From Candidatus Komeilibacteria bacterium (GTDB lineage Bacteria; Patescibacteriota; Patescibacteriia; UBA1558), in assembly GCA_048538275.1 (NCBI GenBank), contig JBLYPW010000002.1, positions 2,111 to 66,110 on the forward strand: 64,000 nt of DNA, written 5' to 3'. Below, in pieces: positions 1-10,802 of the stretch; position 1 is the first letter of the stretch; each line of letters starts with the position of its first letter. The notes under the pieces are model-generated. The model searched no databases. It was not told where the DNA came from and was given only the letters and a program-made list of their open reading frames with translations. Made by a program: the position numbers and the translations under genes.

Positions 1-2
1 TA

Positions 3-3000
3 CAAGTTGCTTCCAATGGAGCAACCGGCGGTGATATTTTAACGATCAATTCTACGGGGCAGGTCGGCATCGGAACGACGAGTCCTGGAAGTTATTATAC
101 ATATGCTGACGATTTGGTACTATATAAAGTAGATGGAGTGAGTAATCAAGGAGCAGGATTGTCTTTAATTAGTGGTAGTAATGATATAAGCGTTATAGCG
201 TTTGGAGATGGAATGACGGGTAGCTCATCATACGCAGGGAGTATAATGTATAATCATGCTGATAATTCTATGAGACTTAGTACGAATGCTAATGAAGCCA
301 TACGAATAGATTCTTCCGGTGAGGTCGGCATCGGAACTACAGATCCAGGAGCAAAATTAGATGTTTATACTAGTGCTGGGGTTAATGGTGTAAGTCAAGC
401 TCAATTGGTATGGAGTAATGGTGCGCAGGAAGCAGCATTTTTAGGTAATTCGGACGGTGTAGGTACAATTGGATTGGCTTATTATGATGATGACTCTGGT
501 AATGTGTTTAGCGTTTACAGTAGTGATGTTAACGCAGAAGCATATTTTGCCGGTAATGTCGGCATCGGGACGACGGCGCCTTCTGCTCAGCTTGATGTGA
601 TTGGGACAACTGGTGCAACATCTTCTGCTGGGAGTAAAGGATTAGAAGTTTTTGGTGGCACTGGTGGTGTTGGTTCGGCTGGTGTCGGTGGCGCCGGTGG
701 AGGAAATAGTATCCAGGGTGGCACTGGTGGAGTTGGCAATGGCACTTCTGGCGGTGAAGGTTATGCTGGTGGCGCCGGTGGCACAAATATTATACAAGGA
801 GGTACTGGAGGTGTTGGCGCAACTGGCACCATCGGCGATATAGGTGGCGCCGGTGGTGCTGGCGGGGTCGTGTATTTGGTTGGTGGCGCCGGTGGCGCTG
901 GCGGAGCATCGGGCGGCGCAGGGGCTGGTACTAGTGGAGATGGTGGCAATGTTTATATATATGGCGGCGCAGGCAATACAAATGGCGATGTTATCTTGGC
1001 TCACACAGGATCAGCCGCACAGGGTAAGGTTGGTATCGGTACAACGGCGCCAGGCTATTTATTAGATGTGAATGGGAGTTTGAATGCGGGCGCTGCTACG
1101 GTTACATCTTTAACCAGTAGTGGAGCGGTGTCCGGTACAACCGGGACTTTTTCCTCTGTTATTAATGTTGGTGGTACCAGCGGCAGAGCTTATAATTCTT
1201 TTTCAACTTCTGCGGCTAAAAGTAGAAGCAATATAGCTAATGCCGATGATTTATATGTAGCTGGTGATATCGAAGTTGATACATATTTATTTGTCGATGG
1301 TAACGTGGCTATGGCTGAGGATGCTACAATAGGAATTAGCCCTAGCACGGAGAGAATCGTTTTCAATGGGGGGTCCGATGTTATTCAGGTACTTTCTTCA
1401 GATTTTTCTGTAGGTACATCAGATTTTTATGTAGATGATTCCGCAGGTCAGATCGGCATCGGCACAACTTCTCCATCGGCAGATCTTGATGTAGCTGGTA
1501 CATTTAAGACAAGTGGCGTCGGTGATGTTACTATTGCTAATGATATATATATGTCAAATGGTGTAGCTTCTGAGATTCAGAGTAAATCATCTTTGACTAT
1601 CCAAGCAGGAGATGCCGGGACTAATAGTAATATTGTTTTAGATCCACAGGGTACCGGAGGTGTAGTGATAGATATGCCGGCGGGCACTAGTACTCAGGGA
1701 GTTTGTCATAGTGGTGCCAGTGCAGGATCTGGTGGGGCTAGTGCAAGAACGCTTCTCGCGTGTAATGGTGCTCCGGCTGATTATGCTGAGTGGTATAGAG
1801 TCAAGCTGAATGAGAACGTAGAAGCTGGAGACATTGTTTTGCCAGAATATGAGGAAGATAACGTCAAGGGTAAAAATTTTGCACTAGTTAAAAGTGGTGA
1901 GGCATATGCTCGTCCTATAGTAGGTGTTATTTCGACTGAGCCATACCGAGTTATTGGTGAAAATATATTTCCCGAGGGTGCTGAAATTAGCGAGGGCACA
2001 GTAATAGAAATAGAGGGCGTTCATTATGCAGCAGTGGCATTAAATGGTCGCGTGTCTGTTAAAGTATCCGCCGAAAACGGTTCCATTGGAGTTGGGGATA
2101 TGATTACAACCTCTACTATACCAGGCTATGGTATGAAATTAAACGAATGGGAATCAGGACCAATTGTAGGAAAAGCACTCGAATCTTTGGAGAGCGGCGT
2201 TGGTTTAATTGAGGTTTTTATGAGTATTGGATATTATAGCGGTAATTATGCAAAGTTGATTCAAAATAATTTATTGCTGAATGATTATCATTTACAGTTT
2301 GGTACCAGTAATGCATGGACAGTAAATTATGATTCTAGTAATACTGGTAATTTGCTAGTCACATCAAATCAAGCTAATTCTAATTTTGTGGTAAGCTTAG
2401 CTGATCAAAGTGATAGTTTGTTGGTTAATAATGGTAATTTGCAAGTAGGCGACGGTTCTCCAGATTTGAGTTTGGCTGGTAATAGTTTATATGTGCAGGG
2501 TAGTCTAGAAGCTGATGGCGATGCTAGATTGGATGGCGCACTGACAGTAGCCGGTAGTACGACATTAAACGGTCCGCTAGATATTATATATGATGGCGAT
2601 ACGACCATTGGTGGTGACTTGGTATTAGATAAAACTGGTGGTAGTAATATTACTTCTAGTGACCAATTAACTTTAAGTTCTACTTCTGGCCAAGTCCAAA
2701 TAGACGACGAATTAGTGATCGGCAATGATAATGTCGGTATCGGATCTATTACATCAGACAGTGCTGGTGTTACTGTTAAAGCTGATGCTGGAAATTCTGG
2801 ACAGGTGCGGGGTATTAGCCTAGAGTTGGATGATAATGCCGGGCAGTCGGCCTTGACCATTATGAATAGTGACAGTTCGGCCGTGGGCACAGTTGATTCT
2901 CTCGGTAATCTGGCCTTGGCCGGCTCGGTCAATAGCGACTTATCAGTGGTGGCGCAGATGTTCCCGGTCACGACGGATGTCGGCGGCCAATTACCAGATA

Positions 3001-6000
3001 CCGGTGATATTGTTATCACCGCCAATGATAGCTCGGATAATTTAATTCGCTCGCAAAGTGAATATCAGAATAATGTTATTGGTGTAGTTACCGCTAAAGC
3101 GGCCGTTACTTTGGACAATGATGTTATGGGTAGAGCGATCGCTCTGGCTGGCACAGTTGATATTAAAGTTAATGATAGTAATGGCGCAATCGCGGCCGGT
3201 GATTATTTGACCACGTCGGCAACACCGGGTGTTGCCATGAAAGCCACCCAGGCCGGCCCGGTAGTAGCCAAAGCGCTTGAGAGCTTTTCTGGGAGTTCCG
3301 AAGGATCTTCCGGAGTTAGCGAAATTAAAGCCTTTATCCACGTTTCTTGGTATGACCCGCTTTCTGATAATTTGTTGGTTAGTGGAACTTTGACCGTGGG
3401 TGGCGATACTGATTTACAAGGTGGTGTGATCTTAGGTAATGCCAGCGACGATTTGATAGAAGTGAAGGGTAAATTCAAATCTGCTCTCTTGGCTGATAGT
3501 GATAATATTTATAATTTAGGTGACGATACCAATCGTTGGGCGAGCGGTTACTTTGGCACGGAGGTGAAAGTAGACAATTTGAGTTTGACCAATAATCAAA
3601 TCAGCACCACCAATGATTTGGCGATCAAGTCGGTGGAAGGAAATATGACTTTGCAGACTACTGCTCTTGATTCTACTATTACTTTGAAACCGGCTGACGG
3701 CACGGCTGCGCTAGAAGTGAACAGTGATAATAATTTGGCTACTTTGGTGGGACGCGGCGGTTATTTACGCGTGGGTATGGGTAGTACCGCCGATCATGTC
3801 ACTAATGAAAATGATTTATATGTGGCCGGCAGTATGGAAGTAAATGGTGATTTGTATATTGCCGGTGATGTTTTGGCGCCGCGGTTGACTGATAGTATTC
3901 AGCAGCAGATCCAGGAGAATTTAGTATTAAAAACACAGAGCGTTTATGCTCAGGATGATCGTCGCTTTACATGGCAATCTGGTAATTTTCATGATGTGGC
4001 CACTGTTACCACCAGCGATGATAAGTGGGTAGTGGTATATAGCGACGCGGATGATAATGATAGCGGTCATTATATCATATTTGACCGTGATGGCAGTGAA
4101 CAGACGCGAGGTATATTTAATAGCGGCGCCACGAACAATACGCAAGTTGTTGCTATGTCCGGTGGTCAGGTGATGATTGTCTATACCGATGCCGGCAATT
4201 CAAATTATGGCACTTTGGCGGTAGTAAATAGTGCTGGCCAGCTACAAGTGGACGAAACTGTATTCAATAGCGCCGCCACTGATGCTTTGGCAGCGGTTGC
4301 ATTAAACAATGGCAACATTTTCTTGAGTTATAGTGATAATGGCACTGCTAAATATACTATTATTACGCCAAATTATAATATTGTAAAAGGAGAAACCGCT
4401 TTAAGTATTGACAATGTTAGCTCTATCAAAGCAGTACAGTCCGGTCAAGAAATTATCATGACTGTGCTGGGTGGTGTAACCCCAGCATTACAAAGCCTGA
4501 CTATTGATTTGTCTGATTATAGCGTGTTGAGCAATACTGTTACCACTGACACGGTGAATGATATGATATTGCGTTCATCCGGCAAGCAGACAATATTGGC
4601 TTATGTGACAGCGACCGGATTGCATATGGGTGAGATTGATCACAATGCTTTATTTACGGCGTGGTCTTATCAAGTGGCCGGTGTTGAGAAAGTTGATGTA
4701 CAGAGTTTGGCTGGGGAAAGGTGGCTAGTGGTGACTAGCGCCGCTGGTCAGCTGAGTAGAGTGATCTTGGATCAAGCCGGCAATGTTTTATTAGCGCGTG
4801 CTGCTATTGCCGCTAGTGGCAGTGATTGGCAGTTGACAGCTGATCAGCAGGGTAGAGCCTTTTTGGCAACAGCCGCCATTACCGGTTTATCGGGCTTGTC
4901 TTGGGATGAAACGGTTGGTTATGATTTGTTAAATAATCAGGGTCGTTGGCATAGTATCAATGTAAATGTGGGACAGGATGAGAAAGTTGTCTTAGCTATG
5001 CCGTATAATTCAGGTTGGCAGTATTCTGATCCGATTAGTCTGACAGCCGGAGATAATGATATCAATCTTGGTTTTGCCACTTATGAATTTACCAGCCGAG
5101 CGGGTGATAATTATTTCAGTTTGCCGGGCCGGGGATTGGGCGTGGCCGATATTCGCGGCATTAGCGATGAAGAGGGTAGGACATACCAAGCTAAATTTAA
5201 TAATAAGTTCTTTTATATCCCTGACATGGGGGCTGCTCATCAGGTGACAGTGACTTACGCTTTACCCATCAATAGCCAGGCCATGACTATTGTGGGTGGA
5301 ATTGATGATAGTCAAGCTACTATCAATAGCGCTGTCACCTTGAGCGCAGCCCAGGCCAATAGCGTGGCCACCGCTGCTTGGTCAGACGGTACCACTGCGT
5401 TGGCCTTTGTGGATAGCAGCGACCAGTTGGCAAAAATAAATATATATAATGATGCGGATAAGTTAGTGGCTACTAAAGTTTTAAGCTCCACTCCAGCTAG
5501 TGCTATTGCCATGGCGCGCACCGCCAGTGATGATAACTTGGTAGCCTGGCGCAGTGGCCAAGATTTGTACTCTGCTATTGTGAATAAAGGCGGCGCCATT
5601 GCCAACCAACGGCACTTATCCAGCCAAGCAGGGGGTAAATTAGCGATCGTTGGTATTGGTAAAGATAGTGAAGCTTTATTCTATATTGCTAGTGACCAAG
5701 CTTTGCACGCTATCAACTTATCTTATGATAATAATACTGTAACTCCTGATACCACCATAGTGGCGGCGGCAGTGAATGATTTTGCTAGCAGTATTATGCC
5801 GGATGGCAATATTTGGCTGACTTGGAGTGATACGGCCGGTCGCGTGGCAGTGTTAGGAGATGATTTACAAATTATTAGCAGCGCCACTTTCCAATCATTT
5901 GCGCCGGTTAAAGTAGCTACCAGTCGTTTATTAGACAACAATTATTTAATTGGCTTTATTGATAGTAGCGATAATAGCGTTAAATATATGGTCTTCAATG

Positions 6001-8258
6001 ATAATGTTGAATCCGTAGTGGGTACTACTATGATAGGGAATAATGCCAGTAAATTGATATCTAGCCGTCTGCTGGGCGGTCAATCCTGGTTATTATGGCA
6101 GGAAGGTGTTAATTTGCTGGGCGCCTTGGTGGCAGCCGACGGGACTGTACAAATTGACAGCACGACGATAGCTACTGGTAGCTTATTGAACACGCTGGGC
6201 AATAAAGTTATTTATCAAAATGGTAGTGCTATATTGCGTAGTGAAGTATTGCCTTGGACGGGTACAAATTTGGCAGTGGGTAATATCAGTCAAGCGGATT
6301 TTGTTTTTGAAGATTATAGCCTGTCCGATAATGATCAAGCGATTGATAGTAGCGGTGATAATAATAATAGTGCCAACGGCGACGTGGCGGAAAATATGAC
6401 GGTACGCGTGTTGAATGATCAAGATGTACGTCAAATTACGGGCATGACAGTGGAAGAATTTAATACTTATGAATATACGTACTGTGATGTGAAGAATAAT
6501 ACGAATGTAGTTGATACGAATAATGAGGATGTTATTAATGACTGTGCTTGGGAACAATTACCGGCGGCCGGTGATGTCGTAGTAGCTGATTATGCCGGCA
6601 CTGTCATGGCTGTCAAATCAGTTCAAGCCAATGCTCGCAATATTGTTGGCGTGGTAACAACTGATCCGGCGGTTATTTTGAAGAAGAATTTGGAAGGTCG
6701 TACTATTGTACTGACCGGCACTACGCCAGTGAATGTCAGTTTGGAGAATGGTCCGATTGCCAAGGGTGATCTTTTGACTACCGCTACCGCGGCTGGTTAT
6801 GCCATGAAAGCGACGCAAAGAACCGCCGGAACGATTGGCGTGGCTTTGGAGGCTTTTGATCCGGTTGCCAGTTGTCAGCAGCAGACGCGTGATGATTATC
6901 AAGCACAATTGTTAGTAGAGTATCCGGAGTGGGATGAAGCGCAAGTGCAAGAAGCTATTGACGCTTTGGATATTAGTAGTTGCGCTGATACGGCATCGCA
7001 GTATGGGCAGGTTAAAGTATTATTGAGCATCAATAATCCGGTAGTGACCGCCAGTGGCAGTGTCATAACAATTGTGTCCGGTGATGATGTGGATAGCTCT
7101 ACGATTGATTTATCCATTGTTGAATATGAAGAATTTGGCAATGTAGTGGTCAAAGGCGATGCTATTTTTGGTGGCAAGATAACCGTGGCCAAAGCCGAGT
7201 TTTTGGGCAATGTCGTGGTGGCCGGCAATGTTAAACTGGCGGGAGATTTGGAATTAGCCGGCGCTATTACTCAGGATTATTGGGACGGTTCTGACGGTAA
7301 TTTGACGGTTGGTGACGCGGTTTATATTGCCGGCGCCAATACTGTCAATATCACGTGGGCCGATGATGATAGCTTCCACCCGGCTATTGGCTTGGCAGTG
7401 CAAATATTACCGTTTGACTTGATAAACAAGAGTAAATTAGCTGATTATGTGAAAGCTTTAGGGTATGAAGATGTGGATAGTCTGCCGACTGATGTCCGAT
7501 CCACTATTCGCTTGGTGAAAGTGGCTTCGGCTGGAGTAGTGGGAGGCTTTGCTAATTTGCAACCGGGCAACCGTTATTATCTGGCTACTGCCAGTAATGC
7601 GGTAGCTGATGACAGCTGGTCAGATATTAATGATTTATTAGCTGAATCGGCGGCTTTGACGGCGTCTATTAATGATCAGCAAGTAGCGGTGAATGAATTA
7701 TTGGGTAATTCTGAACCAACGCCGACCAACCAACGATCATTATCCATTATACCGCCTCAGAGCGAACAAGCAGTCAAGCAGATTATGGGTGTGGCCAAGA
7801 GTCAGACAGAGTTGTTGATTATGCCGAGCTTAAATTATCAAGGTGGTAATAGCGATGCGGCTGAAATTGTTGAGCCGGCTAGCAGCGCTCCGGTGGTGAA
7901 TGTTAGCCCGGTCAATACTAGTGATGACACAATAGTGAATGTTGACAATAGCGCCACCGAGACCACGTCGGCTGAGGATGATTCTATCAGCGTTGAACAA
8001 GCAGATGACGCAATTAGTAGCGACCCGACAGAAAGTGATGACACGATTGAGAATAATACTGCTAGTACGACTGATAATATAACAACTGATAGCAGTACAA
8101 CTACTGATACTGCCAGCGGTGATGAGGTAGCCGCTCCATCATCAGATACAGTGGATAATATTGATACGACGGCCAGTCAAGACACGGTTTCACTTGATAG
8201 CTCGGCTAGTGATAGTGCGGCAGCGCCCACTGACGACAGCGTTGTGATAGGGGAATGA
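3..8258 (+). CDS. Giant secreted or surface protein of more than 2,750 aa with VGIGTT-P-x-LDV repeats. It is 5'-partial: the reading frame is open to the window edge, and the ORF-track start at 114 is a TTG codon inside the frame. It contains tail-fibre-like repeat modules, a collagen-like Gly-rich block and an S/T/D-rich acidic C-terminal tail.
   Basis: Frame 3 has no stop from position 3 onward, and the GQVGIGTTSPG motif is already present before 114. At least 8 copies of the x-G-x-VGIGTT-x-P-x-x-x-LDV motif occur at intervals of 80-100 aa. This resembles the tail-fibre-domain repeats that, as I recall, occur in proteins with phage endosialidase-chaperone-type C-termini. A Gly-rich GGTGGVG/GGAGGAGG region spans nt 640-1000. 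Three internal repeats of about 95 aa (nt ~1775-2200, 3050-3300, 6585-6860) share GD-L/Y-LTTS-x-x-PG-Y/V-x-MKAT. nt 7850-8255 is a low-complexity S/T/D/E-rich tail. Confidence 0.8.
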   Translation, partial: QVASNGATGGDILTINSTGQVGIGTTSPGSYYTYADDLVLYKVDGVSNQGAGLSLISGSNDISVIAFGDGMTGSSSYAGSIMYNHADNSMRLSTNANEAIRIDSSGEVGIGTTDPGAKLDVYTSAGVNGVSQAQLVWSNGAQEAAFLGNSDGVGTIGLAYYDDDSGNVFSVYSSDVNAEAYFAGNVGIGTTAPSAQLDVIGTTGATSSAGSKGLEVFGGTGGVGSAGVGGAGGGNSIQGGTGGVGNGTSGGEGYAGGAGGTNIIQGGTGGVGATGTIGDIGGAGGAGGVVYLVGGAGGAGGASGGAGAGTSGDGGNVYIYGGAGNTNGDVILAHTGSAAQGKVGIGTTAPGYLLDVNGSLNAGAATVTSLTSSGAVSGTTGTFSSVINVGGTSGRAYNSFSTSAAKSRSNIANADDLYVAGDIEVDTYLFVDGNVAMAEDATIGISPSTERIVFNGGSDVIQVLSSDFSVGTSDFYVDDSAGQIGIGTTSPSADLDVAGTFKTSGVGDVTIANDIYMSNGVASEIQSKSSLTIQAGDAGTNSNIVLDPQGTGGVVIDMPAGTSTQGVCHSGASAGSGGASARTLLACNGAPADYAEWYRVKLNENVEAGDIVLPEYEEDNVKGKNFALVKSGEAYARPIVGVISTEPYRVIGENIFPEGAEISEGTVIEIEGVHYAAVALNGRVSVKVSAENGSIGVGDMITTSTIPGYGMKLNEWESGPIVGKALESLESGVGLIEVFMSIGYYSGNYAKLIQNNLLLNDYHLQFGTSNAWTVNYDSSNTGNLLVTSNQANSNFVVSLADQSDSLLVNNGNLQVGDGSPDLSLAGNSLYVQGSLEADGDARLDGALTVAGSTTLNGPLDIIYDGDTTIGGDLVLDKTGGSNITSSDQLTLSSTSGQVQIDDELVIGNDNVGIGSITSDSAGVTVKADAGNSGQVRGISLELDDNAGQSALTIMNSDSSAVGTVDSLGNLALAGSVNSDLSVVAQMFPVTTDVGGQLPDTGDIVITANDSSDNLIRSQSEYQNNVIGVVTAKAAVTLDNDVMGRAIALAGTVDIKVNDSNGAIAAGDYLTTSATPGVAMKATQAGPVVAKALESFSGSSEGSSGVSEIKAFIHVSWYDPLSDNLLVSGTLTVGGDTDLQGGVILGNASDDLIEVKGKFKSALLADSDNIYNLGDDTNRWASGYFGTEVKVDNLSLTNNQISTTNDLAIKSVEGNMTLQTTALDSTITLKPADGTAALEVNSDNNLATLVGRGGYLRVGMGSTADHVTNENDLYVAGSMEVNGDLYIAGDVLAPRLTDSIQQQIQENLVLKTQSVYAQDDRRFTWQSGNFHDVATVTTSDDKWVVVYSDADDNDSGHYIIFDRDGSEQTRGIFNSGATNNTQVVAMSGGQVMIVYTDAGNSNYGTLAVVNSAGQLQVDETVFNSAATDALAAVALNNGNIFLSYSDNGTAKYTIITPNYNIVKGETALSIDNVSSIKAVQSGQEIIMTVLGGVTPALQSLTIDLSDYSVLSNTVTTDTVNDMILRSSGKQTILAYVTATGLHMGEIDHNALFTAWSYQVAGVEKVDVQSLAGERWLVVTSAAGQLSRVILDQAGNVLLARAAIAASGSDWQLTADQQGRAFLATAAITGLSGLSWDETVGYDLLNNQGRWHSINVNVGQDEKVVLAMPYNSGWQYSDPISLTAGDNDINLGFATYEFTSRAGDNYFSLPGRGLGVADIRGISDEEGRTYQAKFNNKFFYIPDMGAAHQVTVTYALPINSQAMTIVGGIDDSQATINSAVTLSAAQANSVATAAWSDGTTALAFVDSSDQLAKINIYNDADKLVATKVLSSTPASAIAMARTASDDNLVAWRSGQDLYSAIVNKGGAIANQRHLSSQAGGKLAIVGIGKDSEALFYIASDQALHAINLSYDNNTVTPDTTIVAAAVNDFASSIMPDGNIWLTWSDTAGRVAVLGDDLQIISSATFQSFAPVKVATSRLLDNNYLIGFIDSSDNSVKYMVFNDNVESVVGTTMIGNNASKLISSRLLGGQSWLLWQEGVNLLGALVAADGTVQIDSTTIATGSLLNTLGNKVIYQNGSAILRSEVLPWTGTNLAVGNISQADFVFEDYSLSDNDQAIDSSGDNNNSANGDVAENMTVRVLNDQDVRQITGMTVEEFNTYEYTYCDVKNNTNVVDTNNEDVINDCAWEQLPAAGDVVVADYAGTVMAVKSVQANARNIVGVVTTDPAVILKKNLEGRTIVLTGTTPVNVSLENGPIAKGDLLTTATAAGYAMKATQRTAGTIGVALEAFDPVASCQQQTRDDYQAQLLVEYPEWDEAQVQEAIDALDISSCADTASQYGQVKVLLSINNPVVTASGSVITIVSGDDVDSSTIDLSIVEYEEFGNVVVKGDAIFGGKITVAKAEFLGNVVVAGNVKLAGDLELAGAITQDYWDGSDGNLTVGDAVYIAGANTVNITWADDDSFHPAIGLAVQILPFDLINKSKLADYVKALGYEDVDSLPTDVRSTIRLVKVASAGVVGGFANLQPGNRYYLATASNAVADDSWSDINDLLAESAALTASINDQQVAVNELLGNSEPTPTNQRSLSIIPPQSEQAVKQIMGVAKSQTELLIMPSLNYQGGNSDAAEIVEPASSAPVVNVSPVNTSDDTIVNVDNSATETTSAEDDSISVEQADDAISSDPTESDDTIENNTASTTDNITTDSSTTTDTASGDEVAAPSSDTVDNIDTTASQDTVSLDSSASDSAAAPTDDSVVIGE

Positions 8259-8324
8259 TTTGATTGCGACTTTACCCTTCTCATTATGTAAATAAATTTA
8301 GGTAGAAGCAAAATAATTTAGATC

Positions 8325-10754
8325 ATGATTTATCGCCCGCTAAACAATTTAGTTTTTATGAAATTTTTGCAGAACAGTAGAATATTATTAACCAAGTGGT
8401 GGCCCCATATTTTAGTATTGGTTATTTTATTGGCGCAATTTGGTGGCCTATTGGGCAGTAGCTTGCCGGCTGGGTGGGACACATTGCCGCATTATTATGG
8501 TTTGCAAAAAATGGCCGATTGGTTGCCGCAAGGTAAAATAACCGGTTATGATATGAATTGGTTTAGCGGCTTTCCATTGTTCCAATTTTATGGACCACTG
8601 TTGCCAATGTTGATTGCCGGTTTGTATTTACTAGCCGGTAAATTATTAGCTTTGGCGTTTTGGTATCGTTTGGCAATACTATTGAGCTTATTGGCTTTTG
8701 TTTATAGTTTTGTCTGGTTTGTTATCACCTGGTGGGGTAGAAAGTTACGACCGTGGGCATATTTGGTAGCTTTGTCATTTCTATTTTACCCTAAATTATT
8801 ATCCAATCATGCTTTGGGGGCGGGCGCGTCTATTATTGACGGTATGTTTGTTAATTTGTATGGCATCGCTTTATTTTTATTATTTTTGACATTATTGCGC
8901 CGTTGGGAAAGGTTTAGAAATATGCGGGATTGGTGGTGGTTGGTAGTGATTGGTAGCGCCACGGTATTGACTCACACACTCACTACCATTGCTTTGTTGG
9001 TGACGGTATTATTGTATTGTTTATTGCGTTGGCGGCGTAGATTATGGTTATCTATGGCAAAATTAGCGGGCTTGGTATTTTTATTGACTGCTTGGTGGCT
9101 CATACCATTTGGGAAAGGTTTGCCCTATGCTTCATCCGCCACGGCCATCGCTTTACATGATTATTTATTTTTACTTTTCCCTTGGGATTGGCAGGCTTTA
9201 TTACATGGTCAATGGGGGCAGTTAGAATGGTTGGCGGCGGCGGTATTTGTTTGTGGTATTTTTGGGTTGGTAAAATTGATTCATTCCCGCCAGTATATTT
9301 GGCCAAGCTTTTTATTGATTTGGTTATTGATTTTAGCCAGTCGCTATATTGTCACTTTCGCGCCTAATTTTCCGCTACATTATTACCGACTTTTTCCTTT
9401 TGTATATGTAATTTTTTTGGCGATGGCCGCTTTCGGTTTAAGCAGTTTATGGCAATGGTCACGCGCCTATAAAATATGGCGAGGAGTGGGCTTGGCTTTA
9501 TTGGTGTTTGTATTTATTTATACTATTGCTTGGCATTATCGCTTGGCTGGTGGCTCGGGACAGATTGATTGGCGTTATTTGCGTTGGGACAGCCCTTATT
9601 ATTTTGCTTTGGATAAATATCCGGCCGCCCAAGAGGCTCGCCAACTGACTGATTATCTAGCCACCTTGCCGGACAGGCAAAGAATATTGGTAGAACAGCC
9701 CACGACTGATCAAGGCTGGGTTGGCTCGCCTCACTATTTTAAAACTATATTGCCTTTACAAGGCCAAGCAGTGCCGGGCGGTTTGTATATTGAAGGCGCG
9801 ATTGAGAGTCCACTTTTTAGTCCAACTTGGGCGGTCGTCTCGGACAGTTTTACCTGGGGGGAGATGTCTTTGTACAATGATCCGACTTTTCGTCAGCAAA
9901 GCAGTGATTCTATGTTGGAGCGGTTACAATATTTTGGTGTAGATACGGTGGTGGCTATTAGCGATAAGTTGAAAAACGCTTTATCCGCATTTTCCAGCGC
10001 CAAGTTGATTTATAGCTTGCAAGATTATGATGTTTATGAATTGTCTGGTAGTATGCCGTTTGTTTATAGCGCGCATTATCAGCCGGGCATTTATTTTTCC
10101 AATAATAATTTATCTTTTCGTGATTTAGTAAAAATATGGTATAAATTTCCCTTGTTGCTGGATATGCCGATAGTGGAAGCGCGTACTGATCTAGCTACTA
10201 CCCAGTCAGCGGAATTGGAAAAATTCGCTTATATTATGGTAAACGGTAGCTTAGCAACAGGCGATTTAGAACAATTAGCCAATGCGTCTGGTCTGATAAT
10301 ATGGCTAAACGCCCCCAATCCCGCCAATATTCCGGAAAATATGCGCAGTCATTTGTTATTTATAGATGATTTTAGTGCCAATCCGATTAGTGGAGGGCCG
10401 GTTAAATTAGCCAGAGAATTAAGTAAATATAGAGAGGCTTGGCGTTTATCACCGCAGCCGGTGGAGATGATCAGGCAGGATAATGAAAAATTAGAGTTTA
10501 GTGCTAGCGGACCGACGATAATAAATTTTGGTTATTTTCCTTATTGGCAAGATCAATCAGGACAAGAGGTTTATCAAACCACGCCGGCTAGTCAGATGTT
10601 GGTGTGGGCAAATGGCGACACTAATCTGGTTTATCAGCCGGATAAAGATAAAATATTTAGCCGTTGGGTTAGTATAATGACTTTATTAGTTGTATTATTG
10701 TATTGGTTATTGGGCAGAAGAAAGTTTCAGTTAGTTATTAAGAAGTTGTCATAG
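8325..10754 (+). CDS. Polytopic membrane protein with about 12 Trp-rich TM helices and a soluble C-terminal domain of about 350 aa. It is GT-C-like (ArnT/PMT/YfhO-type architecture), so a candidate glycosyltransferase.
   Basis: Hydrophobicity pattern and W/F/L-rich helices in the first ~450 aa. The C-terminal half is hydrophilic. The start could also be the ATG at 8358. No catalytic motif was verified. Confidence 0.55.
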   Translation: MIYRPLNNLVFMKFLQNSRILLTKWWPHILVLVILLAQFGGLLGSSLPAGWDTLPHYYGLQKMADWLPQGKITGYDMNWFSGFPLFQFYGPLLPMLIAGLYLLAGKLLALAFWYRLAILLSLLAFVYSFVWFVITWWGRKLRPWAYLVALSFLFYPKLLSNHALGAGASIIDGMFVNLYGIALFLLFLTLLRRWERFRNMRDWWWLVVIGSATVLTHTLTTIALLVTVLLYCLLRWRRRLWLSMAKLAGLVFLLTAWWLIPFGKGLPYASSATAIALHDYLFLLFPWDWQALLHGQWGQLEWLAAAVFVCGIFGLVKLIHSRQYIWPSFLLIWLLILASRYIVTFAPNFPLHYYRLFPFVYVIFLAMAAFGLSSLWQWSRAYKIWRGVGLALLVFVFIYTIAWHYRLAGGSGQIDWRYLRWDSPYYFALDKYPAAQEARQLTDYLATLPDRQRILVEQPTTDQGWVGSPHYFKTILPLQGQAVPGGLYIEGAIESPLFSPTWAVVSDSFTWGEMSLYNDPTFRQQSSDSMLERLQYFGVDTVVAISDKLKNALSAFSSAKLIYSLQDYDVYELSGSMPFVYSAHYQPGIYFSNNNLSFRDLVKIWYKFPLLLDMPIVEARTDLATTQSAELEKFAYIMVNGSLATGDLEQLANASGLIIWLNAPNPANIPENMRSHLLFIDDFSANPISGGPVKLARELSKYREAWRLSPQPVEMIRQDNEKLEFSASGPTIINFGYFPYWQDQSGQEVYQTTPASQMLVWANGDTNLVYQPDKDKIFSRWVSIMTLLVVLLYWLLGRRKFQLVIKKLS

Positions 10755-10802
10755 CATATAAGTTTTGTATAATTAGTATTTAATCTTTTAAATGATAAAA
10801 TT

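Noticed and set aside
529-8044. Minus-strand and alternative-frame ORFs of 60-206 aa inside the first giant gene (for example 529-786, 642-1004, 2405-3025, 6183-6557)
   Set aside because: They are fully embedded antisense or out of frame within a long, repeat-rich, clearly coding + strand ORF. Their low-complexity composition reflects the sense-strand Gly/Ala/Thr codons read in other frames.
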